Source: Candidatus Amesbacteria bacterium (GTDB taxonomy: Bacteria > Patescibacteriota > Microgenomatia > CAZETR01 > Amesbacteraceae). Taken from it: DNA of 64,000 nt. Positions 1 through 11,200 of this stretch are shown one piece after another. The stretch covers positions 3,494-67,493 of the forward strand of contig DAHXMV010000002.1 of assembly GCA_027371535.1 (NCBI GenBank). Direction: 5' to 3'. Positions within the stretch are counted from its first letter, which is position 1; every line of letters begins with the position of its first letter. The notes below the pieces were generated by a model. The model saw only the letters and a program-made list of their open reading frames with translations, did no database searches and was not told the origin of the DNA. A program made the translations under genes and the position numbers.

Positions 1-117
1 ACCCCATGCGCGTATTCTACCGTCAAACTCCGCCCCGGGTATGACACATCGGTAATTTTACCATCAAAATTGACCTGAGTATTAATAAAAAGGACCGAAA
101 AAGTTAAAATAGATTTC

Positions 118-600
118 ATGTTCTCGAACCTGGAGATATTTTTGGATAAATTTATGGGGAATCTGAAAGAAGCAGGAGTAGATGTGTCAGGACTTTCTAT
201 GGATCATGTGGGCTATAAAACCAATTCATTAAAGGAGTATGAGCAAATTATGCCCCGGATGAAAAAGACCGGAAAATTGGTGAAGGAAAATACGGTAAGA
301 GACAGGAAGGTGGCGTTTTTTAAATTAGACCACCCGATTATTTACAAACAATATACAATTCCGGCGGCGGAATTAATCGCTCCCAAAGAAGGCGAGACTG
401 TTAGGTTCGGATGGGAACACGCGGAACTGGTGATACCGGAGAGTTTCGAAAGCTTTATGGCCAAATATCCGAAACTAACCTGGGATACCAGCGTGATGAA
501 TTCAGATTTGTTTTCGATGGTCAAGCTGAAACTGGGAGACAATATGCAGGCAAAGTTCCATCTAATGCCGGTATTGGAAATAATTGAAAAAGAAAAATAA
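118..600 (+). CDS. YecM-like VOC-family metalloprotein
   Basis: DHVGYK, GWEHAELV and C-terminal KFH..L.EIIE motifs of the YecM family; TAAAAT 7 nt before the ATG. Confidence 0.8.
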   Translation: MFSNLEIFLDKFMGNLKEAGVDVSGLSMDHVGYKTNSLKEYEQIMPRMKKTGKLVKENTVRDRKVAFFKLDHPIIYKQYTIPAAELIAPKEGETVRFGWEHAELVIPESFESFMAKYPKLTWDTSVMNSDLFSMVKLKLGDNMQAKFHLMPVLEIIEKEK

Positions 601-634
601 TACGCGATGAAGAACGGACGGAGACAGGGAAATC

Positions 635-666
635 GGGGTGGTTGGGGAGATTGGGGAAATTTGGGG
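635..666 (+). repeat. Four GGGG tracts at 9-10 nt period between convergent genes
   Basis: GGGG-TGGTT-GGGG-AGATT-GGGG-AAATTT-GGGG. Confidence 0.85.
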
Positions 667-669
667 AAA

Positions 670-1077
670 TTAACGTTTCGGACTTTGTTTGCGGCGGCGG
701 GATTTACCACCCATGCCGACCATACGGCGCTGGCGGGTGCGGGAATCCCGGGTCAAAAGCTGAGCGTCACGAAGGGGTTTTTTGAAATCGGATTTATATG
801 CTGTCAAGGCGCGGGCCAGACCAAGAACCATGGCATCCAACTGGCCGTATTTACCACCGCCGTGAACAGTAACTGTAGCCGTATACTTTTTGGCCAGGTC
901 GAGAGTTTTAAAGGGTTGTTCGTATCTGGTGCGGGCAGAAAGACCGGGAAAATATGCGGAAACCGGTTGGCCATTAACCAGCATTTCAGTGTCGCCGGGG
1001 ACAATTCTGACTGAAGCTACGGCTTCGCGGCGGCGGCCGACTGCAGAAGAGAGAATTTTGGGTTTGGAATCGGACAT
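670..1077 (-). CDS. rpsI: 30S ribosomal protein S9
   Basis: VGRRREAVASVR, GGGKYGQ, C-terminal KQSPKR. Confidence 0.98.
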   Translation of the reverse strand: MSDSKPKILSSAVGRRREAVASVRIVPGDTEMLVNGQPVSAYFPGLSARTRYEQPFKTLDLAKKYTATVTVHGGGKYGQLDAMVLGLARALTAYKSDFKKPLRDAQLLTRDSRTRQRRMVGMGGKSRRRKQSPKR

Positions 1078-1086
1078 AAACTTATT

Positions 1087-1126
1087 ATTTAATCATTTAA
1101 GCATTTTGTCATTTAATCATGAAATC
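1087..1126. repeat. Degenerate 8-mer tandem repeat (ATTTAATC-like x5)
   Basis: atttaatc atttaagc attttgtc atttaatc atgaaatc in the rplM-rpsI spacer. Confidence 0.8.
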
Positions 1127-1128
1127 AA

Positions 1129-1554
1129 TTATTCAACTATCTTTTTAAATTGTTTTTGATAGGGGTGGTCGGGACCGGCATAGACGTGAAGATGCTTCAA
1201 CATTCTATCATGCAATTTGTTATCCGGAAGCATGCCGGAAACAGCTGAAATAATAATCCTTTCCGGGGCTTTGGCCATAACCTGGCTGAAAGTATGAACG
1301 TGCATCCCTCCGGGAAAACCGGAATGGCGACGGTAGAGCTTTTCGGTAACCTTATTACCGGTGACCGAGATTTTGGCAGCGTTGGTAACCACCACATTGT
1401 CTCCCATATCCAGATGGCGGACAAAGTCCGGCTTGCCCTTGCCCATTAAAAGTTTGGCTATCCGGGTGGCCAAACGGCCCAAAATCTGATTATCGGCATC
1501 CAACAGATACCACTTACGGGTAATATCATTGGCGCTGGGAGAATGGGTAGTCAT
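1129..1554 (-). CDS. rplM: 50S ribosomal protein L13
   Basis: RKWYLLDA..LGRLA, HSGFPGG, GMLP. Confidence 0.98.
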   Translation of the reverse strand: MTTHSPSANDITRKWYLLDADNQILGRLATRIAKLLMGKGKPDFVRHLDMGDNVVVTNAAKISVTGNKVTEKLYRRHSGFPGGMHVHTFSQVMAKAPERIIISAVSGMLPDNKLHDRMLKHLHVYAGPDHPYQKQFKKIVE

Positions 1555-1571
1555 GATTGATGATGTACGAT

Positions 1572-2012
1572 TTATGATTTATGAGATTTGGATTTGGGAG
1601 TCGGAGAAGCAGTTTTTTCCGGTTTTGCGGTCTTTTCCGGCCCGGTTTGAGCAACTGCAGCCGAAGTAAATTCCATCCGAACCATGGGAGCATTATCTCC
1701 GGTACGGGTACCTAATTTTATCAGACGCAGATAACCGCCTTTTCTATCTTTGAATCTGGGAGCAATATCGGAGACCAGCTTTTGGACCAGCATCCGATCG
1801 GTAATTACGGATTCGATATGTTGAATATCTGCCAGCTTGGCTTTTTTGGCTTTGGTAATCAATTTTTCAATTAAGCTGACTGCGGCTTTGGCTTTGGTTT
1901 CAGTGGTTTCGATGGCTTCCGAGCGAATCAGAGCTCCCGCCAATCCTTTTAACAGGGCTTGGCGCTGTCCGGTATCACGATTGAGTTGTTTTCCGAAAAC
2001 ATTGTGACGCAT
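1572..2012 (-). CDS. rplQ: 50S ribosomal protein L17
   Basis: MRH..LNR, IETTETKAK, RTGDNAPM. Confidence 0.98.
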   Translation of the reverse strand: MRHNVFGKQLNRDTGQRQALLKGLAGALIRSEAIETTETKAKAAVSLIEKLITKAKKAKLADIQHIESVITDRMLVQKLVSDIAPRFKDRKGGYLRLIKLGTRTGDNAPMVRMEFTSAAVAQTGPEKTAKPEKTASPTPKSKSHKS

Positions 2013-2015
2013 GTT

Positions 2016-2936
2016 TCATTGGGCCAGGTCAAAATTGCGCTCCTTAAGCGCTTTTTCAATAATTTCGACAGACTTGCCGCCAAGGTTTTTGACTTTGGAT
2101 AACTGGGCTCTGGATACTGCTAACAGATCGGCTACAGTAGCAAAGCCGGCTTTTTGCAAAGCGTTGGCAATCCGAGTCGGTAAATCGAGCTCTTCGACAG
2201 AAATATTGGCCCCTACCTGAGCGCGCGGTGCTGCCGGGCCGGCCAGGCTGACCGCATCGGTGGAATCGGGATTAACCACGCCATTGAAATAATTGACCAA
2301 AGTCTGTGCAGCTGAGATCATAGCCTCCCGGGGGGAAACCGTACCGTCGGTAGTAATTTCCAATATTAGTTTGTCAAAGTTGGTAATGCGGCCGACGCGG
2401 GTGGATTCGACTTTGTAATTGACACGAACCACCGGAGTAAATGTGGCATCCAAAGGAATCAGGCCTACGGTGGTGCTTTTTCTGTCTTCCGCCGGCGAAT
2501 ATCCAAAACCGGATTCAATAGTGGCTTCGATTTCCAGCTTGGTATTTTTGTCGGCTAAATTGGCAATGACAAAATCGGGGTTGGTGACTTTGACATCAGA
2601 GGGAACTTCGAAAGCACCTGCGGTAACCGGGCCCGGCCCCTGAGTTTCCAAGGTAATGGTTACCGGTTTGTCACCTTGGTAGGCCGGACGAATCTGTTTT
2701 AAGGCCAAAACCAATTGCACAATATCCTCACGCATACCGTCAAGGGCCGTGAACTGATGATTGACGCCGACAATTTTGACACTGGTCAAAGCAGAACCTT
2801 TAATCGCGGTATAAAGGACCCTTCTTAAGGCGTTACCCAAGGTATCTCCGAAACCCTGTGCCAACGGTTCGATAGCGAACCTACCATACTGAGGTTTTTC
2901 CTCTTCGGTTTTAATTGTAAATTGAGGTTTGGTCAT
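2016..2936 (-). CDS. rpoA: RNA polymerase alpha subunit
   Basis: EPLAQGFGDTLGNALRR, RVGRITNFDKL, alpha-CTD KNLGGKS. Confidence 0.98.
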   Translation of the reverse strand: MTKPQFTIKTEEEKPQYGRFAIEPLAQGFGDTLGNALRRVLYTAIKGSALTSVKIVGVNHQFTALDGMREDIVQLVLALKQIRPAYQGDKPVTITLETQGPGPVTAGAFEVPSDVKVTNPDFVIANLADKNTKLEIEATIESGFGYSPAEDRKSTTVGLIPLDATFTPVVRVNYKVESTRVGRITNFDKLILEITTDGTVSPREAMISAAQTLVNYFNGVVNPDSTDAVSLAGPAAPRAQVGANISVEELDLPTRIANALQKAGFATVADLLAVSRAQLSKVKNLGGKSVEIIEKALKERNFDLAQ

Positions 2937-2951
2937 GATATAGGTTGAATA

Positions 2952-3551
2952 TTATCTGGAATAAAACTCCACAATGAGCTGATCATTAACCGGACTGTCG
3001 ATGTCTTCCCTTTTGGGCAAACTGACAATTTGTCCCTGGGGACCGACACGTTTCAGCCAGGCAGGAAGACTAAATTGGGTATTTTCGAGGCGGGTCTTGA
3101 TAACCGGGATATTCAAAGCAACATGGTCTAACGAGACGACTTCATCGACTACTGTCTGGAATGAAGGAATGTTGACGGTTTTACCGTTTACCAGGACGTG
3201 TCCGTGGGAAACCAACTGTCTGGCCATGTTTCTGGTCGGGACAAATCCCAACCGGTAAACCACATTATCCAGACGGGTTTCCAAAAGACGCAGGAGATGC
3301 TCTCCGGTCTTACCGCGAACCTTTTTAGCCTTTTCAAAGTACCCCCGAAACTGTCTTTCGATTATACCATAAAGTCTCTTTGTTTTCTGCTTTTCCCGCA
3401 ATTGCTGACCGTAGTCCGTCATCCGGGGAACACCTTTGCCGCCGTGCTGACCAGGCGGGTTTTGGGCCCGGCGGAGTTTGTGACCTTTGCCGAATAAATC
3501 CAGTTGTTCCCTTCTGGATAATCTGTTTTTTGGTCCGGTGTAGTGGGACAT
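2952..3551 (-). CDS. rpsD: 30S ribosomal protein S4 (no Zn-binding cysteines)
   Basis: PPGQHG, QLREKQK, LETRLDNVVYRLG, IVEFYSR. Confidence 0.98.
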   Translation of the reverse strand: MSHYTGPKNRLSRREQLDLFGKGHKLRRAQNPPGQHGGKGVPRMTDYGQQLREKQKTKRLYGIIERQFRGYFEKAKKVRGKTGEHLLRLLETRLDNVVYRLGFVPTRNMARQLVSHGHVLVNGKTVNIPSFQTVVDEVVSLDHVALNIPVIKTRLENTQFSLPAWLKRVGPQGQIVSLPKREDIDSPVNDQLIVEFYSR

Positions 3552-3580
3552 AATGTTTAAATATTAATTTTTAATTAGTA

Positions 3581-4057
3581 TCACCATCTAAAGTGGGCGA
3601 AGGCTTTATTGGCTTCGGCCATACGGTGGGTATCTAACTTCTTTTTGACGGCAGCTCCGGCATTATTTGCAGCATCCACAAGTTCGGCTGCCAGTTTTTC
3701 GGCAAAAGTATGAAATTCGGTACTCGGCCTGGCCCGGGCAGCTAAGACCAGCCAGCGGATGCCCAAAGAATCCCTCCGGGGACCACGAACCGGAGACGGT
3801 ACCTGGTAGGCAGCCCCGCCGATTCTCCTGGCTCTGACCTCCATCTGGGGTTTGATATTTTCCAGAGCAGTCAGAAAATATTGGAGAGCGTCGGTTTGGG
3901 TTTTGGCAGCCAGAAGAGTAAAAGCCCCATAGATCTGTTTTCTGGCGGGATTAACCTTGCCGTCCTTCATTACCCGATTGATTAATTTGGTAACAATGAC
4001 CGAGTTGTAGACGGGATCGGGCAGTAAATTTCTGGCGGGAGCGGGCTTGGAACGCAT
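3581..4057 (-). CDS. rpsG: 30S ribosomal protein S7
   Basis: [33 protein letters not shown]. Confidence 0.99.
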   Translation of the reverse strand: MRSKPAPARNLLPDPVYNSVIVTKLINRVMKDGKVNPARKQIYGAFTLLAAKTQTDALQYFLTALENIKPQMEVRARRIGGAAYQVPSPVRGPRRDSLGIRWLVLAARARPSTEFHTFAEKLAAELVDAANNAGAAVKKKLDTHRMAEANKAFAHFRW

Positions 4058-4087
4058 ATCAATTAAATTTCATTAAAAAAATAAAAA

Positions 4088-4522
4088 TTATGAGGCGGCG
4101 GCAGTTTTGGGACCGGCGTGGGTTTTAGCACCGTAACGGGAACGGCCCTGTTTGCGGTTTTCCACACCGCCGGCATCAAATTTGCCCCTGACGATATGAT
4201 ATTTAACTCCAGGTAAGTCTTTGACACGGCCGCCCCTGACCAAAACTATTCCGTGCTCGGCAATATTGTGGCCGATACCGGGAATATAAGCAGTAACTTC
4301 AGTTTTATTGGAAAGCCTGACCCGGGCAATTTTTCTCAAAGCCGAATTGGGCTTTTTGGGAGTCATGGTTTTGACGATGGTAACCACTCCCCTTTTGAAA
4401 GGATTGGTGGTCTGGACAAAACGGCGGTCTTTGGCGTTAAAAGACCGGCGCAGGGCCGTGGCCTTGACCTTTTTAATTTTAGAGTGGCGTTTGTATTTGA
4501 TTAATTGATTGACGGTAGGCAT
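4088..4522 (-). CDS. rpsL: 30S ribosomal protein S12
   Basis: [21 protein letters not shown]. Confidence 0.99.
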   Translation of the reverse strand: MPTVNQLIKYKRHSKIKKVKATALRRSFNAKDRRFVQTTNPFKRGVVTIVKTMTPKKPNSALRKIARVRLSNKTEVTAYIPGIGHNIAEHGIVLVRGGRVKDLPGVKYHIVRGKFDAGGVENRKQGRSRYGAKTHAGPKTAAAS

Positions 4523-4533
4523 AAAGATAATTT

Positions 4534-7500
4534 TTAATTAATCACAGCGCGGTCGGGGCTGGTGGGAATTAAGCGGCCAATGATGACATTTTCCTTTAAG
4601 CCCAAAAGCGGATCGATTTTGCCTTCGACAGCCGCTTCGGCCAGCTGGGAGGTGGTTTCGATAAAGGAAGCGGCGGACAACCAGGAACCGGTTTTAAGAG
4701 CTGCGCGGGTAATCCCCAAGACGACTACCTGGGCAGTAGCCGGTTCACCGCCGGCGGCCAGGACCTTGGCATTTTCGATTTCAAAGACGGCCCTATCAAC
4801 AATATCCCCCGGTAATAAAACAGTGTCACCCTGAGAGAGAATGCGAACCCGGTCACTCATTTTGCGGACAATGACTTCAAAGTGCTTGTCGTGAATAGGC
4901 ACACCTTGGGATTCGTAAACCAGCTGGATTTCTTCAATCAGGTATTCCTGGGCGCCCCTTAAACCCCTGACTTCCAAAACCTCCTTGATATCCAAAGCTC
5001 CCGAGGCCAGCTGGCGGCCGGAGGTAATGAGATCACCATCCGCAACTTTTAATTCAGCGGCCAAAGGAATAATGTATTCGCGTTCTTCTATAGGCTTGAC
5101 GGTGGTATTTCTGATTCTGACTTTATAACCTTCATCTGTTTCCACGACTTCCACTTTGCCGGAAATCTCAGCCAGCGGCGAGACCATTTTAGGAGTGCGG
5201 GCTTCAAAAAGCTCCTCCACACGGGGCAATCCCTGGGTGACGTCGATACTGCCGACGGATAAACCACCGCGCTTGCCGTGAAGGGTCATCTGGGTACCCG
5301 GCTCGCCGATACTTTGGGCGGCGATGACACCGACAGGATCGCCTATTGTCACCATGGACATGCTGGCCAGGCTCCAGCCATAACATTTGGCACAAAGGCC
5401 GTATCTGGCATCACAGGTTAAGGGCGATCTGAGCGTGACTTCACCGATTTCTTCGGACAGCAGCAGGTCGATTTTGGCGTCGTCTAAGACCTCGCCTTTG
5501 GCAATCAGCACTTTTTTGGATTTGGGAGAGGTGACATCTGCGGCGAGGACACGGCCAAAAATCCTGGCAGCAAAGGTTTTACCGCGTTTGTCATTTTTAG
5601 TGATGACAAGACCGTTTTCAGTTTGACAGTCTTCGATTCTGATGATAGCGTCGTGGGCAACATCCACCAGACGCCGGGTCAGATAACCGGCGTCGGCGGT
5701 ACGGACGGCAGTATCCGATAAACCTTTGCGTTCACCGCGGGCAGCTGAAACGTATTCAAAGGAAGAAAAACCCTGGCGGTAATTACTTTTTAAGGGCAAA
5801 TCGACGATGCGGCCCAACGGATCAACAACCAAACCTCTCATGGCCGAGAGCTGGCGGACCTGTTCCTTGGAGGCTTTGCCGGCACCGGCGTCGATAATCA
5901 ATTTAATGGGGTTAGCGTCATCAAACATGGACCAGGTAAGATTGGCCAGGGTTTCGGTAGTTTCCAGCCAGACTTCCTGAGCCAGACGACGGCGTTCTTC
6001 AGCAGTGATTAATCCGAGGGAGAAGTTGGAATCAATTTCAGCCACCCGGGTATTGGCAGATTCTATAGTGGCGTCCTTGTCGGGGCTGATCAAACAGTCG
6101 GTAATACTGACGGAGACGCCGGAAAGAGTACCTGCCCAAAAACCGATATCCTTGATGTCATCGATTAATTTAGTAATGGTAGTGGTGTCGTAAAGTTTGA
6201 AAGCCCGGTCGAACAACTTGACCATGGTAGCGCGCTTGACGGCTTCATTAACAAATCTCAACTCAACAGGCAGGACTTCGTTGAAGAATATCCGGCCGAC
6301 AGTAGTGTCCAAAACCCGGCCCTCGATGACCACTTTGATACGCTGGCGGAGTTTAATGCATCCGGTGTGGTTGGCAATAATAGCTTCCTCTTTAGTGGAA
6401 AAAATACCCGGAGCCGGATCCAGTTTGGCATCGACCGAAGTCAGATAGTAAAAACCCAAAGCGATTTCCTTGGTGGAGGGGACGGAAATAGGAGTGCCGT
6501 CGGCGGGTTTTCGGAGATTTTTCTCGGGGGTCATCAGTTCTTCAACTTCGGCAATAGCTTCCTGACTTAACGGCACGTGGACGGCCATCTGGTCACCATC
6601 GAAGTCTGCGTTGAAACCGGCACAAATACAGGGGTGGATCTGAATGGCGGAACCTTCGATCAGAATCGGATAAAAAGCCTGGATTGAGAGTTTGTGCAAA
6701 GTGGGAGCCCGGTTTAATAAAATGGGGTGATTTTTGGTAATACTTTCCAAGATATCAAAAACTTCGGGCGGACGGGATTCCAACAGATTTTTGGCGGATT
6801 TAACGTTGGGAGCCAGACCCTGAACTATCATCTGCCGGAGAACAAAAGGTTTGAACATTTCCAGGGCCATTTCCTTGGGTAATCCACACTGATTAATTTT
6901 GAGCTCCGGACCGACAACAATGACGGAACGGCCGGAATAATCTACTCTTTTACCCAGCAAGTTCTGGCGGAAGCGGCCCTGTTTACCCCTTAAAATATCA
7001 GACAGGGATTTGGATTTAGCACCGGCAGGCAGGCGGCTGGTTCTGGCAGTCCTTTGAGAGGAATCTATCAGAGCATCAACAGCTTCCTGGAGCATGCGTT
7101 TTTCGTTTCTTAATATGATCTCCGGAGCACCCAGATCCATTAAATGTTTCAGACGGTTGTTGCGATTAATTACGCGGCGGTAAAGATCGTTAAGGTCCGA
7201 TGTGGCAAAGCGGCCACCCGATAACTGAACCATGGGGCGCAGATCCGGAGGAATAACCGGCAAAACTTTTAAGACCATCCAGGCAGGGCTGACTTCGGAA
7301 CGGCGCAAACCGTCAACCACGCGAAGTCTTTTGGTGGCTTTAATGTGGCGCTGTCCGGAAGTGGTATTGACTTCCTGGCGCAGATCATTGGCCATGGCTC
7401 CCAAATCCAGAACCTTGACGACGTCCAGTATGGCTTCAGCACCCATCCCCAGCGAGGCACAATCAAGGGCATCGTACTCCATAAGTTTGGCATACTCATC

Positions 7501-8271
7501 CTCGGAAATTATGCTGGTGGTTTTCAGGCCGGAGACAATATCCACCAGGCGCTGATAGAGAGAGGAAACCTTATCCTGTTCGGCAGCCTGCTGATCACGC
7601 AGAGTCTGAATGGCCTGTTTGGACTTTAAACCGGACTGGTCCAGAGCCAGGGCCAAGGCATCCTCATTCAGGTTCTGACTTTTAAGACTGTCTATTTCCT
7701 CAGCAGCGGCCTTTTCGGCAGCCGTGATTTTGGCGGAATAATCTTTTCCGATGGCCTCTTTTTTGTCCGACCCCTCCTTTTGCAAACGGTCTACGGTTTC
7801 GGCTCTGACGGAATCATCGACGGAAATAACTATATATTGGGCAAAATAGATAACCGATTCCAAAGCCTTGGGGGCAATATCCAGAAGCAGGGAAAGGCGG
7901 GAGGGGGAACCTTTAAAATACCAAACGTGGGCGACCGGACAAGCGAGGGTAATATGGCCCATACGCTCGCGGCGAACACGGCTGTGAGTCACTTCCACAC
8001 CGCATTTATCACAGACAATGCCTTTGTAGCGGATTCTTTTGTATTTGCCGCAATAACATTCCCAATCTTTTACCGGACCGAAAATGCGCTCATCGAAGAG
8101 GCCGTCCTTTTCGGGCCTCAAAGTGCGATAGTTGATAGTTTCGGGTTTGGTGACTTCACCATGGGACCATTTTTTGATGACGTCAGGGGAGGCCAGCTTT
8201 AATTGCAGGCCACTGAAGTCAACAATGTTTTTGAATGAATCCTGGTATTGATCGGTTTTAGCTTGCGGCAT
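4534..8271 (-). CDS. rpoC: RNA polymerase beta' subunit
   Basis: Zn finger CYCGKYK..CDKCG, catalytic [20 protein letters not shown]; coiled-coil insertion near residues 150-250. Confidence 0.99.
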   Translation of the reverse strand: MPQAKTDQYQDSFKNIVDFSGLQLKLASPDVIKKWSHGEVTKPETINYRTLRPEKDGLFDERIFGPVKDWECYCGKYKRIRYKGIVCDKCGVEVTHSRVRRERMGHITLACPVAHVWYFKGSPSRLSLLLDIAPKALESVIYFAQYIVISVDDSVRAETVDRLQKEGSDKKEAIGKDYSAKITAAEKAAAEEIDSLKSQNLNEDALALALDQSGLKSKQAIQTLRDQQAAEQDKVSSLYQRLVDIVSGLKTTSIISEDEYAKLMEYDALDCASLGMGAEAILDVVKVLDLGAMANDLRQEVNTTSGQRHIKATKRLRVVDGLRRSEVSPAWMVLKVLPVIPPDLRPMVQLSGGRFATSDLNDLYRRVINRNNRLKHLMDLGAPEIILRNEKRMLQEAVDALIDSSQRTARTSRLPAGAKSKSLSDILRGKQGRFRQNLLGKRVDYSGRSVIVVGPELKINQCGLPKEMALEMFKPFVLRQMIVQGLAPNVKSAKNLLESRPPEVFDILESITKNHPILLNRAPTLHKLSIQAFYPILIEGSAIQIHPCICAGFNADFDGDQMAVHVPLSQEAIAEVEELMTPEKNLRKPADGTPISVPSTKEIALGFYYLTSVDAKLDPAPGIFSTKEEAIIANHTGCIKLRQRIKVVIEGRVLDTTVGRIFFNEVLPVELRFVNEAVKRATMVKLFDRAFKLYDTTTITKLIDDIKDIGFWAGTLSGVSVSITDCLISPDKDATIESANTRVAEIDSNFSLGLITAEERRRLAQEVWLETTETLANLTWSMFDDANPIKLIIDAGAGKASKEQVRQLSAMRGLVVDPLGRIVDLPLKSNYRQGFSSFEYVSAARGERKGLSDTAVRTADAGYLTRRLVDVAHDAIIRIEDCQTENGLVITKNDKRGKTFAARIFGRVLAADVTSPKSKKVLIAKGEVLDDAKIDLLLSEEIGEVTLRSPLTCDARYGLCAKCYGWSLASMSMVTIGDPVGVIAAQSIGEPGTQMTLHGKRGGLSVGSIDVTQGLPRVEELFEARTPKMVSPLAEISGKVEVVETDEGYKVRIRNTTVKPIEEREYIIPLAAELKVADGDLITSGRQLASGALDIKEVLEVRGLRGAQEYLIEEIQLVYESQGVPIHDKHFEVIVRKMSDRVRILSQGDTVLLPGDIVDRAVFEIENAKVLAAGGEPATAQVVVLGITRAALKTGSWLSAASFIETTSQLAEAAVEGKIDPLLGLKENVIIGRLIPTSPDRAVIN

Positions 8272-8276
8272 AGATT

Positions 8277-11200
8277 TTATAATTCTTCCGTAGTATCAAC
8301 AGAATCACTAACGGCTGACGACTGAACCATGGTAGTAAAAGCGGTAGATTTGGCGGAATCATCTGCCAATGCAGAGTCACCAGAAGCAGCGGCGGAATCC
8401 TCTGTTTTGACTTTAGCACCAATCGGGATGACCTGCAGTCCCAAACTCTGAAGTTCCTTGACCAAAACATTAAAGGATTCGGGGACGGAGCTGGTAGGAA
8501 TATCTGTACCTTTGACGATAGCTTCAAAAGCTTTGGCCCGGCCGACGACATCGTCGGACTTAATCGTCAGCATCTCCTGCAAGGTATGTGCGGCTTTGTG
8601 CGCTTCCAGGGCCCAGACTTCCATTTCTCCCAAGCGCTGGCCGCCCATCTGGGCCTTACCGCCCAAGGGCTGCTGGGTCACCAGGGAGTAAGGACCGGTG
8701 GAACGGGCATGAGTCTTGTCCTCCACCATGTGATGCAGTTTCATAATGTAGCCGATGCCGACAACCGAGGGCTCATCAAAGGCTAAACCGGTGCGGCCAT
8801 CATAAAGCATGGCCTTTCCGGTAACTGCCAAATTGGCTTCTCCCATGGCTTCGGCAATCTGGTCTTCGGAAATTTTTTCAAAAGCGGGAACAGCCACAGT
8901 CTTATTAAGCTTTTTCATAGCCCAACCCAAACGGGCTTCCAAAAGCTGGCCGAGATTCATACGGGAAAGAACGGAAATCGGGGAGATAAGAATGTCTACC
9001 GGAGTGCCGTCCGCCAGATGAGGCATGTCGGCAACGGGAACTATCCGGCTGATGACGCCTTTGTTACCGTGGCGGCCGGCTAATTTATCCCCGACGCTGA
9101 TTTTTCTGATCTGGGCGACTTTGACGATGACCCGTTTATTGACGCCGGGCGGCAGTTCGTCGCCGGCTTCGCGGTCCAAGACCTGGACTTCGACGACGAT
9201 ACCCCTTTCACCATGAGGCATTCTTAATGATGTATCACGGACATCGCGGGCCTTTTCGCCAAAAATAGCCCTTAACAAGCGTTCCTCCGCGGAAAGTTCG
9301 GTTTCGCCTTTGGGAGCGATTTTACCAACCAAAATATCATTGGGTTCAACCTCAGACCCGATGGTGACGATGCCCTCGGCGTCCAGATTAGCCAGATAAC
9401 TTTCACCGACGTTGGGAATATCGCGGGTGATTTCCTCGGGACCCAACTTGGTGTCAACGACATCGGCTTCGTGTTCTTCGATGTGGATGGAAGTCAGGAC
9501 ATCTTCCCTGACCAGGCGGTCGGAAATGGCGATAGCATCTTCATAACCCAAACCTTCAAAGGAAGCATAGGCAATGACCAGATTCCGGCCCAGGGCTAAT
9601 TCCCCGTCCTCGGCAGCCGGGCCATCGATGATAAGATCTCCCCGGGCAACTTTCTGGCCGACGACGACTACCGGATGCTGGTTGAAACAGGAACTCTGGG
9701 AAGTGCGTTTGAATTTTAATAGATGATAGGTTTCTAAATCCCCTTTTAAGATAATATTTTCAGAATTTACGGCATCATCGACTTTTTTATCCAATTTAAT
9801 AACCACTTTCCGGGCATCGACATAGCTGACACTCCCGGAATGACGGGCGTAGACACACCAACCCATCGAGGAAGCAATGTCTTTTTCCATGCCGGTACCG
9901 ACTACCGGGCTTTCAGGGCGAAGCAGAGGAACGGCCTGGGTCTGCATGTTGGAGCCCATTAAAGCTCTGTTGGCGGCGTCGTTGGCTAAAAAGGGAATCA
10001 GAGAAGCAGAGGCGCCGACGACTTCCCTAGGAACCGCATCGACCAGGTCGACCAAAGAGGCGGGGCCTTCCATAAAATCCCCGTGGTAGCGGATAGGCAG
10101 CCAATCTTCCTGAATGACCCCGTTTTTATCCAAATGCAGATCGGCGTGGGAAATATGGTATCCCTCCTCATCATCGGCGGTGAGATAGATAATTTCGTCG
10201 GTGAATTTCATACTGACGGTATCACCAGATTTGGTTTTAGACAGCTTGCGATAGGGAGCCTCCAAAAAGCCCAGTTCGTTGACCCGGGCAAACAAGGCCA
10301 GATAAGTCACCAAGCCAATGTTAGTACCTTCGGGGGATCTGACAGGGTCAATACGGCCGTACTGGCTACTGTTGACATCTCTAATACTAAAAGAGGCTCT
10401 TTCCCGGGTAATACCGCCCCGGCCCATAACAGTAAGTCGGCGGAGATGATCAATTTCCGAAAGCGGATTGGTCTGTTCCAGAATCTGGGACAACTGGGAA
10501 CTTCTAAAAAATTCATTGATAGCGGCGATAACCGGCCGGGCGTTGACCAACTGGGCCGGGGTAACCAGGTCTTCGGTGGAAACCAGGCTCATTTTTTCCT
10601 TGATGGTTCTTTCCAAACGCAGCAGGCCATCACGGAAGGCCGTCTGACTGACCAATTCACCCACACTCCGCAAACGCCGATTGGCCAAATGGTCGATATC
10701 GTCGACCTTGCCTTTGCCGTTTTGGAGATTGATGAGATACCTGACAGTCATAATCAGGTCGTCGCGGGTTAAAAACTGCTGATCAGAATCCAGGCCGAAT
10801 TTTTTGTTTAATTTATAACGTCCGACCTGGCCCAAGTCATACCGGCGGGAGTTGAAAAAGAGGTCAAAAAGGAGTTTTTGGGCATTGTCCAGAACAATGG
10901 GTTCACCGGGGCGCATTTTCTTGTAAATTTCAATCAGGGCTTCTTCCGTAGTATGAGTCGGGTCTTTGGCAATGGAATTATCCAAATAGGCGTGGTGTTC
11001 ATCCGTATCCGCATCTTTAAACATTTCGTGCAGCTGATCGTTTCCGGAAATGCCCATGGCCCGAAGCAGAGTGGTAGCCACAAATTTCCGGCGGCGGTCA
11101 ACTCTGACGGAAATAATGTCATTTCTGGAAATTTCAAATTCCAACCAGGTACCCCTGATGGGGCGCAGCTCGGCAGTATGCAGAACGCGGCCGGAGGCAG

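Noticed and set aside
1-63. Start of a minus-strand gene at position 7 (TAGAAT-N6-ATG)
   Set aside because: Fits the leaderless pattern, but only two codons are inside the window, so it cannot be called
607-1014. 135-aa plus-strand ORF and the many other antisense ORFs over ribosomal, rpo, fusA and tuf genes
   Set aside because: Shadows of well-conserved genes on the other strand, with no motifs of their own
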